A stretch of 64,000 nt of DNA from Octopus vulgaris (taxonomy: Eukaryota), in NCBI GenBank assembly GCA_951406725.2, contig OX597814.1:91698001-91762000 (forward strand). Direction: 5' to 3'. Under the pieces are notes generated by a model, which ran no database searches, was not told where the DNA came from, and saw nothing but the letters and a program-made list of their open reading frames with translations. Below are positions 1-13,750 of the stretch, in pieces (position 1 is the stretch's first letter; each line of letters opens with the position of its first letter). The position numbers and the translations under genes were made by a program.

Positions 1-2057
1 GTCTTCAGTTATGGCTTTATTAATCATTAGTTGATCTTTACAGCCATATGAGCCTTTGCGGCATCCTTTCTGCTCTTCTGGAAACAGGTTGTTTACGTCC
101 AGGTGCTTGTTCCACCTTTGCGATATCACTGCAGTAAATGCTTTGTACATTGTAGGAAGACAGGGTATTGGTCTGTAGTTTTCTGGTTTTGCTGTCTCAT
201 TTGATTTGGGAATTAAGATGGTTTTCCCTTTCGTGAGCCATTCAGGCATTGTCTCTGGCTCTGCTAGTATGTTGTTACAGTTTTCAGCCAGCTTTTTGTG
301 CATTCCTGTTAGATATTTCAACCAGAAGTTGGAGATATTGTCATGCCCATGTGCCTTCCAGTTGCTTAGTCTTTGCAGTGCCTGGGTGACCTCTTCAGTT
401 GTTATGGGGGTCCAAAGTTGCTCAGATGCTGAGTTTGTTTGTTGTTCGTTCGCCAACCATATTTCTCTCCAGAATTCTTCCACTTCTTCTGCCATTGGTG
501 CTGCAGTGATTTCTATTTTATTTTTGCCAATTTCTTGGTAGAACTTTTTGGGGTTGGAGTTGAACTTTTTGTTTTATTCAAAGAAGCGCTGGCGTTTCTC
601 GTACCGGCGGATCTTTTGTGCTTTGGCAAGGATATCTTGCTTCACCTTTTCTTTTATCTCAGGTAAATCTTTTTCTGTGATGTTATATTTGCGGAGTATT
701 TTTGTTTTCTTTTTGTTGCTCAGTAACGTTGATTGTCTACTGATTTCATTAAGAATCGACAGCTCTTTTCTCATTTTTTGTATTTTGTTTTGGGTGTTAT
801 TTATCCACAGGGTTTGTTTGAGTGGTAGTACTCCTGTTTGGATGGCTTTGAGTGAGTATCCAGCTTCTTTTATGGCTGCAGTGGCTGCTGCGTATACTAA
901 GTCATTTAGCTCAGTAATATCGCTTTTTGTTTCAGTGGCTATTAGTTCCGTGACGGCTAGGTTTATGCTGTTTATAATTGGTGTTGTTGTTTCGTCTATT
1001 TTGATTTTTGGGAGGTATGGTCGGTGGTCCATTTTGAGCTCTGTGGTTTTCAGTTCTTTGATTATTTTACTTTTTATATTATCATAATCATTACGCTCCC
1101 CTTCGTTGTTTCTAGGTTTTAGATTTGTGTCGCGCTTTCTTTCTTATTTATATGTTTGTTTGCCGTGTTTTGGCTTGCTGTTTGTCGTGTATTATTATGC
1201 ATCCTTACGGTCTGAGTTTGTTGTCTTTTGTTTACATCGTGTTTGTTGGGAATGTTATGTTTGTATTCGTGTTTTACTGTTTCAGTGTTTATATTATTGG
1301 GCATTGTTGTGTGGCTTCTATCTACATTTTCCTGGTGTATTTTTTCTTTTAGATGTTCTATTTCTATCTCTGATATTTTTTTGCGTTGAGAATGTATCTT
1401 CGTACGTCAGCTAGTTTATTAGGGTTCATTGCTGTATCCAAGTCTATATTTATGTTATTTTCCTTCCATATTTTATATGTATGTGTTGTGTTTTCATTTT
1501 GTGGGTAGAGCACTGCTGTGAAGTATGCGTGTAGGACAGAAATGTATTCCTCACGTGTCCATTTATGTCTTTTGGGTTTTATTTGCGGGACATGAGGAAC
1601 AACGTCCGGCCCATTATTTTGACGGTCGTCATTTTCGTAGGGTACCGGTCCGTTCATTTCTGTTGTCACATTGTTTTGCACGTGTAGTTTTTCGTACATT
1701 TTGTGTTGTAAGTTTAAAGTACGTACTTCCCGATTGTTATTCTTGGGTTGTTAATATCAGTGGTATTTAATTTCTTCGTAGTTTCTTGTACATGGTGTTT
1801 GGGGTTGGGGATGATCTGGTGTTGATGGATTGTAATGTACCACGCATGTTTACATGTGTTGTGTTAGAGGTGGAGATGATATCGAGTTAAAATGCATCAT
1901 TTCGTTTCGAAAATAGTAATAAATTTCAATGATATAGGCCAATCCTTTGTTAGTAAATTTTTGGCTCCATACGATGTCTTTGTTTTCGATGTTTGTGGAT
2001 AGATTTCGGAGCTCTGTTTTATCGTTCTTACATCTTAGATGTCCCCGGTGTATTTCC
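1..2057 (-). mobile_element. R4/Dong-clade non-LTR retrotransposon, 5' part (N-terminal region plus start of RT), frameshifted, runs off the window edge
   Basis: Minus-strand translations give RHKWTREEYISVLHAYF (R4/Dong-type N-terminal motif), KIRRYEKRQRFF, and PEWLTKGKTILIPK...PENYRPIPCLPTMYK...EEQKGCRKGSYGCKDQLMINK (RT N-terminal motifs). Bounded by (TTA)n at 2058. Confidence 0.85.

Positions 2058-2128
<71 letters not shown>
2058..2128. repeat. (TTA)n microsatellite, the target/tail tract between two R4/Dong copies
   Basis: Perfect TTA run seen directly. Confidence 0.95.
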
Positions 2129-2129
2129 G

Positions 2130-4849
2130 TCATGTTTTTTCCTTCTTTCTTCAAATTTTCTTCCGTTTCTCGCCGAGTGTTTTCCATACACCTAGGGCAG
2201 AGAAGGGCATTGCATGGATTTCCAGATTACACGCGCAAATTCAAAGATAACATATGTATTTAAAAATTAATAACTAAATAAATTCATGGATGGATGGTAT
2301 TTTCACAGCAATAGTGCCCTTCTTAGTACATGAGCCGTTCCAGTTAATACGACTTTGCACTTCCTGTAGGGATGGTAAGCCTGGAATCATTTTCAAATAG
2401 GTTTCAGTATCTTTTTTTATCATTCCTAGAGATCCTACAATCACTGGTACTGTAGTCGCCTTGAGATGCCACATTTTTTCAATTTCTATTAGCAGGTCTA
2501 TATATTTACTAATCTTGTCAAATTCTTTCGCCGCTATATTGTGATCACAGGGAATACTCATGTCAATTAATAAACACGTCCTTTTTGTCTGATCTTTTAT
2601 AATAATATCCAGTTTATTAGCTTTTATAGTCCTGTCGGTCTGCACGGGGAAGTCCCATAGAATCAACACATTTTTCCCTCAGTCACAGCTTCAGGATGAT
2701 GTTTATACCATTTGTCAGCAGTTTTGATTTTATAATGCCGATATATTGTCCAATGTAAATACTGGCTGACTCTGTCATGCCTTGCTTTATATTTTGCAGG
2801 TGCTAAAACTCTGCACCCTGAGATTAGGTGGTCTATTGTTTCAATCTCATCGTTACAGAATCGGCATTTTGGATCAGCTCTGTTTCTTATCACATTGGCT
2901 TGGTAGTTCCGGGTTAATAAGCTTTGGTCTTGAGCAGCTAATATGAAACCTTCACTCTCTGCTTTTAGCCCTGAGCTTCGTAACCTTTGGCGTGTGTGTT
3001 TCTGGTCGACATCAGCTTGTTTGCTACGGGCCACATATTTGCCATGGAGAGGTTTCTGTTCCCATCTGCTAGCTAAATTTTCATGTGCTTTTGTCTTTGC
3101 AATTAATTTTATTTTCTTTGCAGCTGCAGTTGGCGCATTTCCTTCAGTCTGCTCAATCTGGTGGGTATCTAAGAGATCAGCAGCGAATTTCTTGCTCTCT
3201 TTGAGAATAGAGTGAAGTTTTTTAGGTCTTTCATGTTTTTCAACAAGTTTTAGCATCCAGTCGTTGGTTGCTTCAAGGTATTTGGCCAGTCTGATTGTGG
3301 TGGTTTTGTATGTAAGTTTAAGCTGGATCAAACCTCGACCTCCCTGAGCTCTGGGAAGGTAAAGGCGATCCACGTCTGCATTTGGATGGTGCATCTTATT
3401 ACAAGTCAGTAGCTTGCGGATTTTTCGTTCAATTTTCATTATTTCACTGGTATTCCAGTTAAGCACGTTGAAGCTATAAAGAACAACTGGTACTGCTAAG
3501 GGGTTTATGGCTAAAACCTTATTATATGCATTCAGCTCAGACTTCAGGACTTCTCGAACTCTTCTATAACATTCTTTCCTAACCTTCTCTTTCATGCTTG
3601 CATGCTGGATACCAGAATCTTCATTTATTCCTAGGTATTTATAGGTTTGTTCCTGCTCAAGTTCCTTTATTACTATTTCGACATCTAATTCGATTGAACT
3701 AGACTTTACCAATTTCCCTTTCTTAAAAGATTCATCACTGAATCCTTTCACAGTATGTAATAATCCTTCAAGCTCTTCATCATCTTTGCCATATAGCTTT
3801 AAGTCATCCATATAAAATAGATGGCTTATTTTCTTGCTGTCAATTTTGTAACCAAATCCCGTTCTATTCAGTTCACTTGAGAGTGGTATTAGTGCTATGC
3901 AGAAAATTAGTGGTGAAAGTGAGTCACCTTGGAAAATTCCACAGTTTATGCTAATGTTGTTTGAGTGCAATACTCCATTAGAATGATATAATTGGAGCTT
4001 CGTGTTCCATAGTGACATTATACTTTAAAAAATCTGAAATCACAGGAGAAATTTTGAAAATGTCCAGCGATTTCAGAATCCACGAATGTGGTATGCTGTC
4101 AAAGGCTTTTTTATAATCAATCCATGAAGAGCTGAGATTTCTGCGCTTGCTATGGCAGTTCTCAAGGATCATGCGATTAATTAGGAGCTGATCTTTGCAT
4201 CCGTATGAGCCTCGTCTGCATCATTTTTGTTCAGTTGGAAAGAGGTTATTCTCTTCCATAAACGTATATGTTTTCTCTACTAGAATAGATATCAAAATCT
4301 TATAGGTAGTAGATAAACATGTTATAGGCCAGTAGTTGTTTGGGTGTTTCGTTTTGTTATTTTTGGGGAGGAGGTAAGTAATACCATTTGCCATCCAATG
4401 TGGTGTTTTTGCGGGGTGTTTCACAAATACTATTAAATAGTATTACTAACATTTTGTGTGCGGACGAGAGTGATGAGAGCCAGAAATTTGGTACTCTATC
4501 AATACCAGGGGATTTCCACTTATGAGCCTTCGTTAGTGCCCTCCTTAGGTCAGCGATTAAGATGCCTTCCCATACCAGTTCTTGTAGATTTTTGTAGGCA
4601 TCTTGGGTGCGTTTGATCCACTCTGCATTTTCATTGTATGGTTTCTCATCACTCCAGATCCCCTTCGAAAAGTGTTCAACTTCTTCCATTAGGGGTGGAT
4701 TTTCAATGATTATTTTTTCTTTCCCTATTTCCCTGTAAAATGATTTGGCATTGGATTTGAACATCTTATTTTGTTTGTAGAATTTGATTCTCAAATCTGC
4801 ATATTCTCTGAGCTTTTGCTTGAACTTTTTGTTTAAGAGTTTCTTTCGC

Positions 4850-4850
<1 letters not shown>
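2130..4850 (-). mobile_element. R4/Dong non-LTR retrotransposon, 5'-truncated: RT, CCHC zinc knuckle, restriction-like endonuclease and 3' UTR
   Basis: ORF 2663-4018 has GIFQGDSLSP, HLFYMDDLKLY, CRFCNDEIETIDHLISGC and RHD. ORF 2274-2669 has LWDFPVQTD...KLDIII...LIDMSIP...KY (RLE-type). ORF 3978-4172 has WIDYKKAFDSIPH. Flanked by TTA repeats on both sides. Confidence 0.93.
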
Positions 4851-4885
<35 letters not shown>

Positions 4886-4909
4886 TGATTATTACTATTA
4901 TTATTATTG

Positions 4910-7900
4910 CCTTTGCACAGATTCTAACGCCGGAGATGTATTACAGTGTCACCTATTCACTACCAGTAAACTAAGGTAACACCTCTTATTGTTCGAGCAC
5001 CTTCTGGAGTATTCGAGCGGCTCCAAGCAGTGCTGTTTTCTGCAAGTACTCCACCCTTATTGCAGCTCCTATTTGTTCCACGTACTGATCGAGATTTTCG
5101 CTCTCTGTTGCCAGGGCTCCGACAATTATTGGTATCACTGCTACCTTTTTCATCGACCACAATTGCTTATTTTCCCAAGCTAACCTGTCATATCTCTCGA
5201 CATTTCTTTCTTCCTCATTACATAACTTATTGTCAGCTGAGCATGCTATATCTATGATCTAGCATAGTTTGTTCTCTTTCTCAATTAAGACTATCTCCGG
5301 CTCCTTATTCTCTATCTCATGGTCGCACTGACTCATAAAATCCCATGCGATCTTTGCATTTCCATTTTCGATGATGCCTTCAGGTTTGTGGCCGTACCAA
5401 TTTTTTGTTCTTTCAAGTCCATACTTGTTACAAAATGCCTAATGTACAAGCCTGGCTATATTGTCGTGGCGTCTCTTATATTCCTTCTGGGCTAGAGGCG
5501 TACATTGGCTGTAATATGCCATACGGTTTCACCGTTTTGTCCACAGATTCTGCACTTATCACTCTCTTCTGTGTTGTCTATTCTGTATTTTATGTAGTTT
5601 GTTCTTAGTGCTTGCTCTTGGGCAGCACATATCAGAGCCTCCATTTTCGGTTTTAAATCACTTTCAGTCATCCACAGCCATCTTTTTTCTCTGTCTTATC
5701 TTCAACATCCCTAAGAAATTGTCCATACATTCTTTTCTTTACCCACCTATTTTCAGTTTCATTCATTTTAAATTTCTTGTATAGTGCTTTATATTTGCAA
5801 TCTTTCATCGTACATAAGCCTCACCAACTTACTTCTAATAAAAGCGGTTCTATGGCACTTTTTACATACAATGCTATGTTGTTTTCTTCTGATCTAATAC
5901 TGTGTTCACATCCAATAAATCCTCTTCCCCCTCTTTTTTTTGTACATATTTCTGTCAGTGTCACTTTTTGGATGGAGTGACCCATATCTAGTTCGCAACT
6001 TCCTTGTCTTTCTGTATAAGTTGTTTAGTTCGTCTACTGTCGATGTGAGTACCCCTGATCCATATCTCAGAAGAGAAACTGCCCAAGTGGTGATAGCTTC
6101 GATCTTATTCCGTCCATTTAATTTGGAATTTAGGATCAGTCTCAGTCTGCGCAAGTACTCCATCTTAAATTTTTCTTTCATTTCTTTCTCCATCAATGTA
6201 TCAATTTCCAAAATCCTCAAATACTTATTGCCCGTCCTTTCTATCTGCTTCATAACCTTCTCCTACGGTATCTTTAGCCCGTCAATACATTAGATATTGC
6301 TTCTCTTCAAGACTAACAGACCATACTTTCTCAGTCCGAACTCCATTCCGATATCAGCACTGAAGTTATAGACCGTATCAACGAGGGAACTGACATGGGC
6401 TTCATCTTTACCATAAAGTTTGAGATCATCATTGAATAACAAATGGTTGACTTTTTATTGGCAGCTTTGGAATACATACCCAGCTTTTGCTTTCCTCAGA
6501 ATCAGTGTTAGTGGTATCAAGCACAGTAAAAAGTTCAGTGGGGAGAGGCAGTCCTCTTGGAAGATACCTCTCCTAATTTTTATTGTCCATAAGCTTCTTC
6601 CGTATGCTGTCAGGTCTGTCTTCCAATTCGCCATATTTTTCCAAGAAATCGTTCAAAATTCGATCCAATACCAAATAGGTTCACACATTCCATAATACAC
6701 GAATGTAGGATCATATCGTACGCCTTACGACAGTCGACCCATGACATGGTTAAGTTACTTTTCCTCCTCTTGCAGTCTCTAAGTACAGTTATGTCTATTA
6801 GGTGCTGATCATTGGTACCTCTACACATGCGCTTGAAACCCTTCTCATATGGCAGGACTCTATTTTTTATCCAAATGTTCGTACATCGACTCTGCGAGTA
6901 TTCCAGTCAATAACTTCCACATAAGTGGCAAACAGGATATCGGCATATAATTGTCAACTGTATTACATTTTCGATATTTTTCAGGCACAGCACTCTCCTA
7001 CCCAATGTCAACCACTCTGGTGTTACTTGGTCGGCTTTTAACAAGGTGTTGAGTTACGCAGCTATTCGTGCATGACATTCACCAAATCTTTTGATCCAGT
7101 AGCCTTGAAATCCATCTGCTCCCGGGGCCTTCCAGTTGCTCTTTGTTTTGAAATGACTAGCTCTGCCTGTTTTGGACAGACTACTGTTTGTTTCAGTTCT
7201 TGCAACCATTCAGCATCATTCTTGTGCTCCTTATCTTTGCTCCAGATGTCACTTCATAACCTTTGACTTTCGATGTTATCTGGTATCAACATTTCATCTG
7301 CACACTCCCCCTTTATTTCTTTATAGAATCTCTTCTGATATAATCTGAATAACCTATTCTCGTGGTAACCTTTCATTCTTTGGTCTTATCTTAACATCTT
7401 TGTTTTCTTTGCAACGAGGTGCTGTTTCAGTTCCTCCACTACTACATTCAGGCCCGTTCTTTCAATATTATACCTCCTTTTCAGTGCCCTGTATTTCTGT
7501 TCACTTTTAAGCTCCCATTTCACTTTTTGGTCTAACAGAGATTTCCTTCGAGAGCATGTCTAACCCTGCCTGGATTCTTCTTTTCCACCATGGATCTTTT
7601 CTTTTGTCACTCTCATTATGTTTCTTTTTCTTGACATCAGCCCCCACGTTTTCTGCTACAATAAAACTTGTTGCCTTGATCAAATTATTTGTTTCTGTGA
7701 TGTTGTTTCTTCTGATGTATTTCAGAATTTCATTGACATTCTTCGATTCTCGGTGCAATATCCATCGATCGACCTTTTTAAGGTTGCAAATAATGTCGCT
7801 ATCGTTCTCCAGTAGTCTTAACTTTATTCTGTTATAGATTGCCTTTTGTTCATCTGTCATTAGTGTTATTGCCTTCTTTTAGATCACCTACATGTCTCTC

Positions 7901-8530
7901 ATCAAGTAAACTACCACTGCTACTTTCTTCTTCTATGGGTTTACACTTATTAGTAAGAAGTCTATTTTCATTGTTACCTCTGCTGCTATTTTCCATGATC
8001 CGTCTTTTGATAGCTTTGAGCTCTACTTCTGTGCACCAACAATTATTTTCTTTTTGCTTTAGCTTGATCACATAGTCTTTGTTCCTTTAATTGAAACAAT
8101 CCCTTTTCTCTCCAATGATCATACATACGATGTCGGTAACCCCTAATTTCAGCACCATTTTCATCTACCAGGCTGTTCAGATAGTAACACTCCATGACCA
8201 CAGCATTAATTTGCTTGCTCCATCTGCACTGTGTGTGGTGGTCCCTTTCTGAATACCGACAGGCTGGAGGCAGACTAGAATCTCTGAGCCTACCAGGTGT
8301 ACCACTGTCACCATCATTGGTTTCAGTTTCACTCACACCGTTATTCACAATTTTTTTTTCATTGTCACTCATATGAGGTAGCGATTCCAGGTTGCGCAAT
8401 ACCAGTGTTTTCATTGTGACACCATCACTAGATGTATCATTATTAATCAGCCCATGAGGCTCCATTCGTTTCCTTTCATTATTATTATCATCATCACTTA
8501 TAGCACTGATATCATTGTTTTTTTTTGTGT
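4910..8530 (-). mobile_element. Second R4/Dong family copy, near full length but heavily degraded
   Basis: N-terminal CRWSKQINAVVMECYY (about 8220), DPWWKRRI (about 7590), WVDCRKAYDMILH (about 6730), GIFQEDCLSP, a decayed MDDLKLYG, KLNGRNKIEAITTWAV, and RLE region 4960-5400. The 3' end abuts a TTA tract. Confidence 0.85.
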
Positions 8531-9018
8531 GTAGTAGCAGCAGTGGTCGCAGCGACAATAGTAGGGGTAGGAGTAGAGTTAAGGGTGTTAGGTGGGCCTC
8601 AGATTCCTGTGCTAACATAATAGTAGTAGTTGTAGTATTATTATTGTAGTATTTGTAGTATTTAGCATTAGCAGCTGCAGCATATTAGTATTATTTATAT
8701 TTTTATCATTATCACCATCACCGCCACTACCATCGTTGGAGGAACTAGTTGGGTAGCAGTATGGTAAACAGATCATATTCTACAGGTCAATAAATATATT
8801 CGGCAGTTGGTGGGGAGGTCAGCCATAGAAACAAAGGAATTTTTGGACCCTTTGGGTTAGTAGAGGTCAAATATGTTTACTACTACCAGTGGCCTCTGAC
8901 CACTAAGGGCACTGCCATGATGAGAAGCAATTCATCATGTTCTATTTGTAATTACTGGTAGAAAAAGCACAATAATAATAATAATATTATATATACACAT
9001 ATATATACCCACGTATGT

Positions 9019-9148
<130 letters not shown>

Positions 9149-10003
9149 TGATATTCACGTCGTTGAATTTTTGATTTACTGAATTCAATTGTGTTGTTGC
9201 AATAAAAGTTGTGTTTACGTATTTGGATAATATATTAAAGCTTTTAAGTTTCCTTGAGATGTTCGTTTGTTTATCTAGTTGGCGAATACAGTAGGACTTT
9301 TGCAATGAAAAGGATGTTTACCTTTTCGAAAACTCGGCGAAGAGTCAAAATGAAAAGATAACAAGTTGTAGATAGTACAGTTTTAAGATTAACTAAATAT
9401 GTTCTTTTGTATGACCGCACACAGAGAAATGGTAGTATTCTTAGAATAAAAAGGAGGATGATGTTTACATTTTCGAATACTCAGGGAGAGAGGAAATGAT
9501 AAGTATTCACACAGTAGTCGTAGATATTAAAGTTTTTTTTTAAAGCCGATCGTTTATGGGTCCGAAAGCTCGCAGTATGTATGTTTCCTATTATTATTAT
9601 TATTATTACTTTTTTTTTCTTCTTTCAAATTTGCTTCCATTTCTTGCCGAGTGTCTTCCCGACTCCTAGGGCAAAGAAACTCATAGTATACATTGGTAGG
9701 CCATTAAACCAAACTCAATAGTTCGTTCATTTTTTTTTTTTTTTAAAGTTAAATTAAAATACATGAGCAGCAACAGTTCTCACATCGACAATGCTCTTCT
9801 CAATACGTGTGATGTACCAGTTAAGACAATCTTTTGCACTTCTTGCAGGGATGGTAAGCCAGGGATCATTCTCATATAATTTTCGGTTCCCTTCTTGATC
9901 ATTCCTAGTGCTCCTACGATCACTGGTATTGTAACCGCCTTGAGATGCCACATTTTCTCAATTTCAATGAGTAGGTCTTTATATTTTCTGAGCTTGTCAA
10001 ACT

Positions 10004-10616
10004 TGTAACGAACTTAATGTGAAGTGTGAATATCCTCGTGCACTTTTGGGGTGCACAAAGCAATCACTCTCACTAGCCGTTGCTTTAATAATCCAGAATT
10101 CTACAAGTCAGAAACAACAAGACGCAGACGTAAAATATACATATAACTACTTTATTCTCTTTCTTGGTAAACAATAACAATACGTGTGTTATCTGATGTC
10201 CTTGATTCGGGCGCGCAAGGCTGAAAGTTAATAGATTGTAATATTTACAATCTCCAGCCCCAAAACAGAAAGGATTCAAGATGGCGTCGAACAATGGAGA
10301 CGACGTTGGTCTGCAACAATTTTGGTTAAAAGTCTTCGGCCAAAGGACTGCTAGAATCTAACCCTGACGGAGAGAATATATGCGTGACCGTCGCTGTCAA
10401 TCGCTAAGTCCCAAGTCACCGCTTGCTGGACGCTAGCGGTCAAACGTTCTACGACCCCCTTGCCTCGCTAACTGCTACGTAGGCAATAGGGTCGTGCTAC
10501 CGGTGGTTCGCGCATGCGCGAGAGGGCCCTTCCTTTCTGTGCCTTGGTGAAGGCAACAACACGCGCGAAATACAAATGGTCGGTGCGCGAGCGCGCACCG
10601 TTATAATATCACTACA
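10004..10616 (-). repeat. 3' LTR
   Basis: tgtaacgaac...atcactaca, about 4 substitutions versus 12163-12775 by eye. Minus-strand AATAAA at about 10151. Confidence 0.95.
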
Positions 10617-10628
10617 GGCTCCCCTCCA
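10617..10628 (-). promoter_or_regulatory. Polypurine tract of the LTR element
   Basis: Minus strand reads TGGAGGGGAGCC immediately before TGTAGT of the 3' LTR. Confidence 0.8.
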
Positions 10629-12142
10629 GTGCGTACGCACGAAAGGAAACTTATTGTAGTGACTGCAAAACTCAAGGTGGACACCAGATAACCAAATAGC
10701 ACACAATAATATAATGGCAAAATTTATAACATACACAAGAAATTTACTAAAGGAAAAAGAGAAAAAATACTCAATGAGCAAAAATCAAGAGTGCATGCAT
10801 GAAAGTGTATACGTCACAAAAGTATAAACCCTTCCGCTGAAAGGAGCGGAGGGAAAAGCAAAACTCACAGTTAATGTACCTAGGCGAAATTAAAATCCAA
10901 CTTCTCTAAAGGTAGTTGATCCTGCAAATTAGCAGTTAAATCAATTGCTGCAGGAGAGGAAATGGAATTGACAGAAGATCGCTAGTAACACAAAAGGCAA
11001 AAGTGCAAACATGCTGGTGTGATGCGCGACACAAATAATTTTCTGTTAATTTACGTGACCAACAGCGGTCTAGCAGGGAAAAATAATTACGCCTATAAAT
11101 CGGCGCAGCGCATTTGAACATCCGACGTCTATGAGTCGGGAAAAGAATTAGGCTAACGCAAACGTGTTGCAAAAACAAGGCAATACACGTGCGAAGCAAA
11201 AGGCGCATGAAATGCAATAGTGCTTGCCAGACCAAAAAACAGCAAGAATATGCCAGTGGTTAAGCGATTATATGCTTCGTTCGTATAGGAACAAAAGTAT
11301 GACATGCTGGCGCGTTATAATGGACAAACAACCCTCTCTATGTATACGTGACCAACCTAGGGTCTATAGAAATGAGGGGTGTCCACAAAAGGCAAATTTA
11401 GCATGGAACAAAACAAGCGAGAAAAGCACGTGTGACGTATGTATGTGAGAGAGAGCATTTATGTGTGTGTACGTGTGTGCGACAGAAATACATACAAGGT
11501 GAATGCGAGCAAAATACAAAAAATACAGCGCATAGAAAAAATGTCTCTCGGGCTATTCCAGACAAGAATTAATTTACCAGTCTGTAATAGCCGGATGTAC
11601 AATAGCAGTTCGTTCTGTAACAGAAATGTTGAAATCACAAAATGCAGATGCCGGTTGAACACATATCGTGTAACGGTTGTGGCTTCAATGCTGTGACAGG
11701 TTAACTGGAACAGAAGAAATCTCGTAGAAAGTGCTGTAAAATCCTTGGTGTGCTAATGCACAAACGGCAAGTGGACTAAACTTCCGCGAGTTGCTATGTA
11801 CATCTTGGTGGAGGTCGACGGTGTTGAAAGGCGACGTTGGTGGTGGAAGGCGACTGTAGTGGACTTGGGACAACATCGTTCTCAGTGATGATGGCGACGA
11901 AGATAGCGACGACGTGAAGTAGACAGACGACGATGATGATGACGAAGGTGGAGAAAAGGCATCGAATATATGATGGCGTCCGTCATCATGGCTGTAGAAG
12001 AAGAAAGAGGCTCCTTCTACAACTGTTTGCGGTGGCCGGAAACAAATCGTCGAAAGATGAATGCGTAGAGTTAAATCGTGTTCCGACCTCGCAGAAAAAC
12101 TGGATTTTTTTGTTGTTAAGTGATCTCTGGTTTTAGACCAGA

Positions 12143-12160
12143 ATCACGTCGGGGTCACCA
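12143..12160 (-). promoter_or_regulatory. Primer-binding site complementary to the tRNA-Trp 3' end
   Basis: Minus strand TGGTGACCCCGACGTGAT, 2 nt downstream of the 5' LTR. It is the complement of the eukaryotic tRNA-Trp 3' end (...ATCACGTCGGGGTCACCA). Confidence 0.92.
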
Positions 12161-12162
12161 CT

Positions 12163-12775
12163 TGTAACGAACTTAATGTGAAGTGTGAATATCCTCGTGC
12201 ACTTTTGGGGTGCACAAAGCAATCACTCTCACTAGCCGTTGCTTTAATAATCCAGAATTCTACAAGTCAGAAACAACAAGACGCAGACGTAAAATATACA
12301 TATAACTACTTTATTCTCTTTCTTGGTAAACAATAACAATACGTGTGTTATCTGATGTCCTTGATTCGGGCGCGCAAGGCTGAAAGTTAATAGATTGTAA
12401 TATTTACAATCTCCAGCCCAAAAACAGAAAGGATTCAAGATGGCGTCGAACAATGGAGACGATGTTGGTCTGCAACAATTTTGGTTAAAAGTCTTCGGCC
12501 AAAGGACTGCTAGAATCTAATCCTGACGGAGAGAATATATGCGTGACCGTCGCCGTCAATCGCTAAGTCCCAAGTCACCGCTTGCTGGACGCTAGCGGTC
12601 AAACGTTCTACGACCCCCTTGCCTCGCTAACTGCTACGTAGGCAATAGGGTCGTGCTACCGGTGGTTCGCGCATGCGCGAGAGGGCCCTTCCTTTCTGTG
12701 CCTTGGTGAAGGCAACAACACGCGCGAAATACAAATGGTCGGTGCGCGAGCGCGCACCGTTATAATATCACTACA
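12163..12775 (-). repeat. 5' LTR
   Basis: Near-identical copy of 10004-10616. Confidence 0.95.
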
Positions 12776-13107
12776 AACTCTTTCGCTGAGATATTATGAT
12801 CACAGGGGATGCTCATGTCAATCAATAAGCAAACTTTATTGTTTTGGTCTTTCACAACAATATCTGGTTTATTGGCCTTGATGGTTCGGTCTGTATGTAC
12901 TGGAAAGTCCCACAGAATGTTACATTTTCTCCTTCAGTTACAGCCTCAGGGTGGTGATTATACCACTTGTCGGCAGTTTTGATATTGTAATGCCGAATTA
13001 TTAGCCAGTGTAGATATTGGCCAACTCTGTCATGTCTTAATTTATACTCCACTGGTGCTAAGACTTTACATCCAGAGATTAGATGGTCCACTGTTTCAAT
13101 CATGTCG

Positions 13108-13178
<71 letters not shown>

Positions 13179-13179
13179 C

Positions 13180-13750
13180 ATTGCATTTGTACAGATTCTA
13201 ACGCTGAAGATGTACTACAGTGTCAGCTGTTCACTACAAGCGAACTAAGGCAACATCTCTTATCTTTCGAGCTCCTTCCAGAGTATTCGAGCGGTACCAA
13301 GCAGTGCTGTTTTCTGAATGTGCCCCACCCTTATTGCAGCCCCTATTTCTTCTATGTACTTCTCGAGATTTTTACTCACTGTTCCCAGGGCTCCGATAAT
13401 TATTGGTATCACTACCACCTTTTTCATCGACCACAAGTTCTTAACCTCACAATCTAACCTGTCATATATATCGACTTTTCTTTCTTCCTTAACGCATACC
13501 TTGTTTTCAGCTGGACATGCTATATCTATGATCCAGCATAGTTTGCTTTCTTTCTCAATCAAGTCTAAGTCTGGTTTCCTATTCTCTATCTCATGGTCGC
13601 AATGAATCATAAACTCCCGTAAGATATTTGTATAATCATTTTCGATGATGCGTCCAGGTTTATGTTTGTACCACTTTTTTCTTTGCCAAGTCCATACTTG
13701 TTGCAAAGTATCTATTGGACACTCCTTGCTCTGTTGTACTGGCGTCTCTT
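13180..13750 (-). mobile_element. R4/Dong 3' fragment (RLE), same family as 4910-8530
   Basis: ORF 13260-13706 has WYKHKP...IENRKPDLDLIEK...IIDIACP...VVIPIIIGALG. The 3' end matches 4910-5000. Confidence 0.88.

Larger units (their letters stand above)
10004..12775 (-). mobile_element. Non-autonomous LTR retrotransposon (Gypsy-like termini, non-coding 1.55-kb interior)
   Basis: Two 613-bp direct repeats with TG...CA ends, 4-bp TSD AACT (10000-10003 and 12776-12779), tRNA-Trp PBS and PPT. No gag/pol motif recognised inside. Confidence 0.95.
9610..13108 (-). mobile_element. R4/Dong 3' fragment (zinc knuckle, RLE, 3' UTR) split by an LTR-element insertion; host parts are 9610-10003 and 12780-13108
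   Basis: Removing 10004-12779 rejoins agcttgtcaaact|ctttcgctgag, collinear with the copy at about 2510-2540. ETVDHLISGC...RHDRVGQYLHW is present. TTA tracts lie at both ends. Confidence 0.9.

Noticed and set aside
10085-12453. Duplicated 69-aa ORF MFDAILNPFCF (10085-10294 and 12244-12453)
   Set aside because: It lies inside the two LTRs, so the duplication is explained, and it has no recognisable domain.
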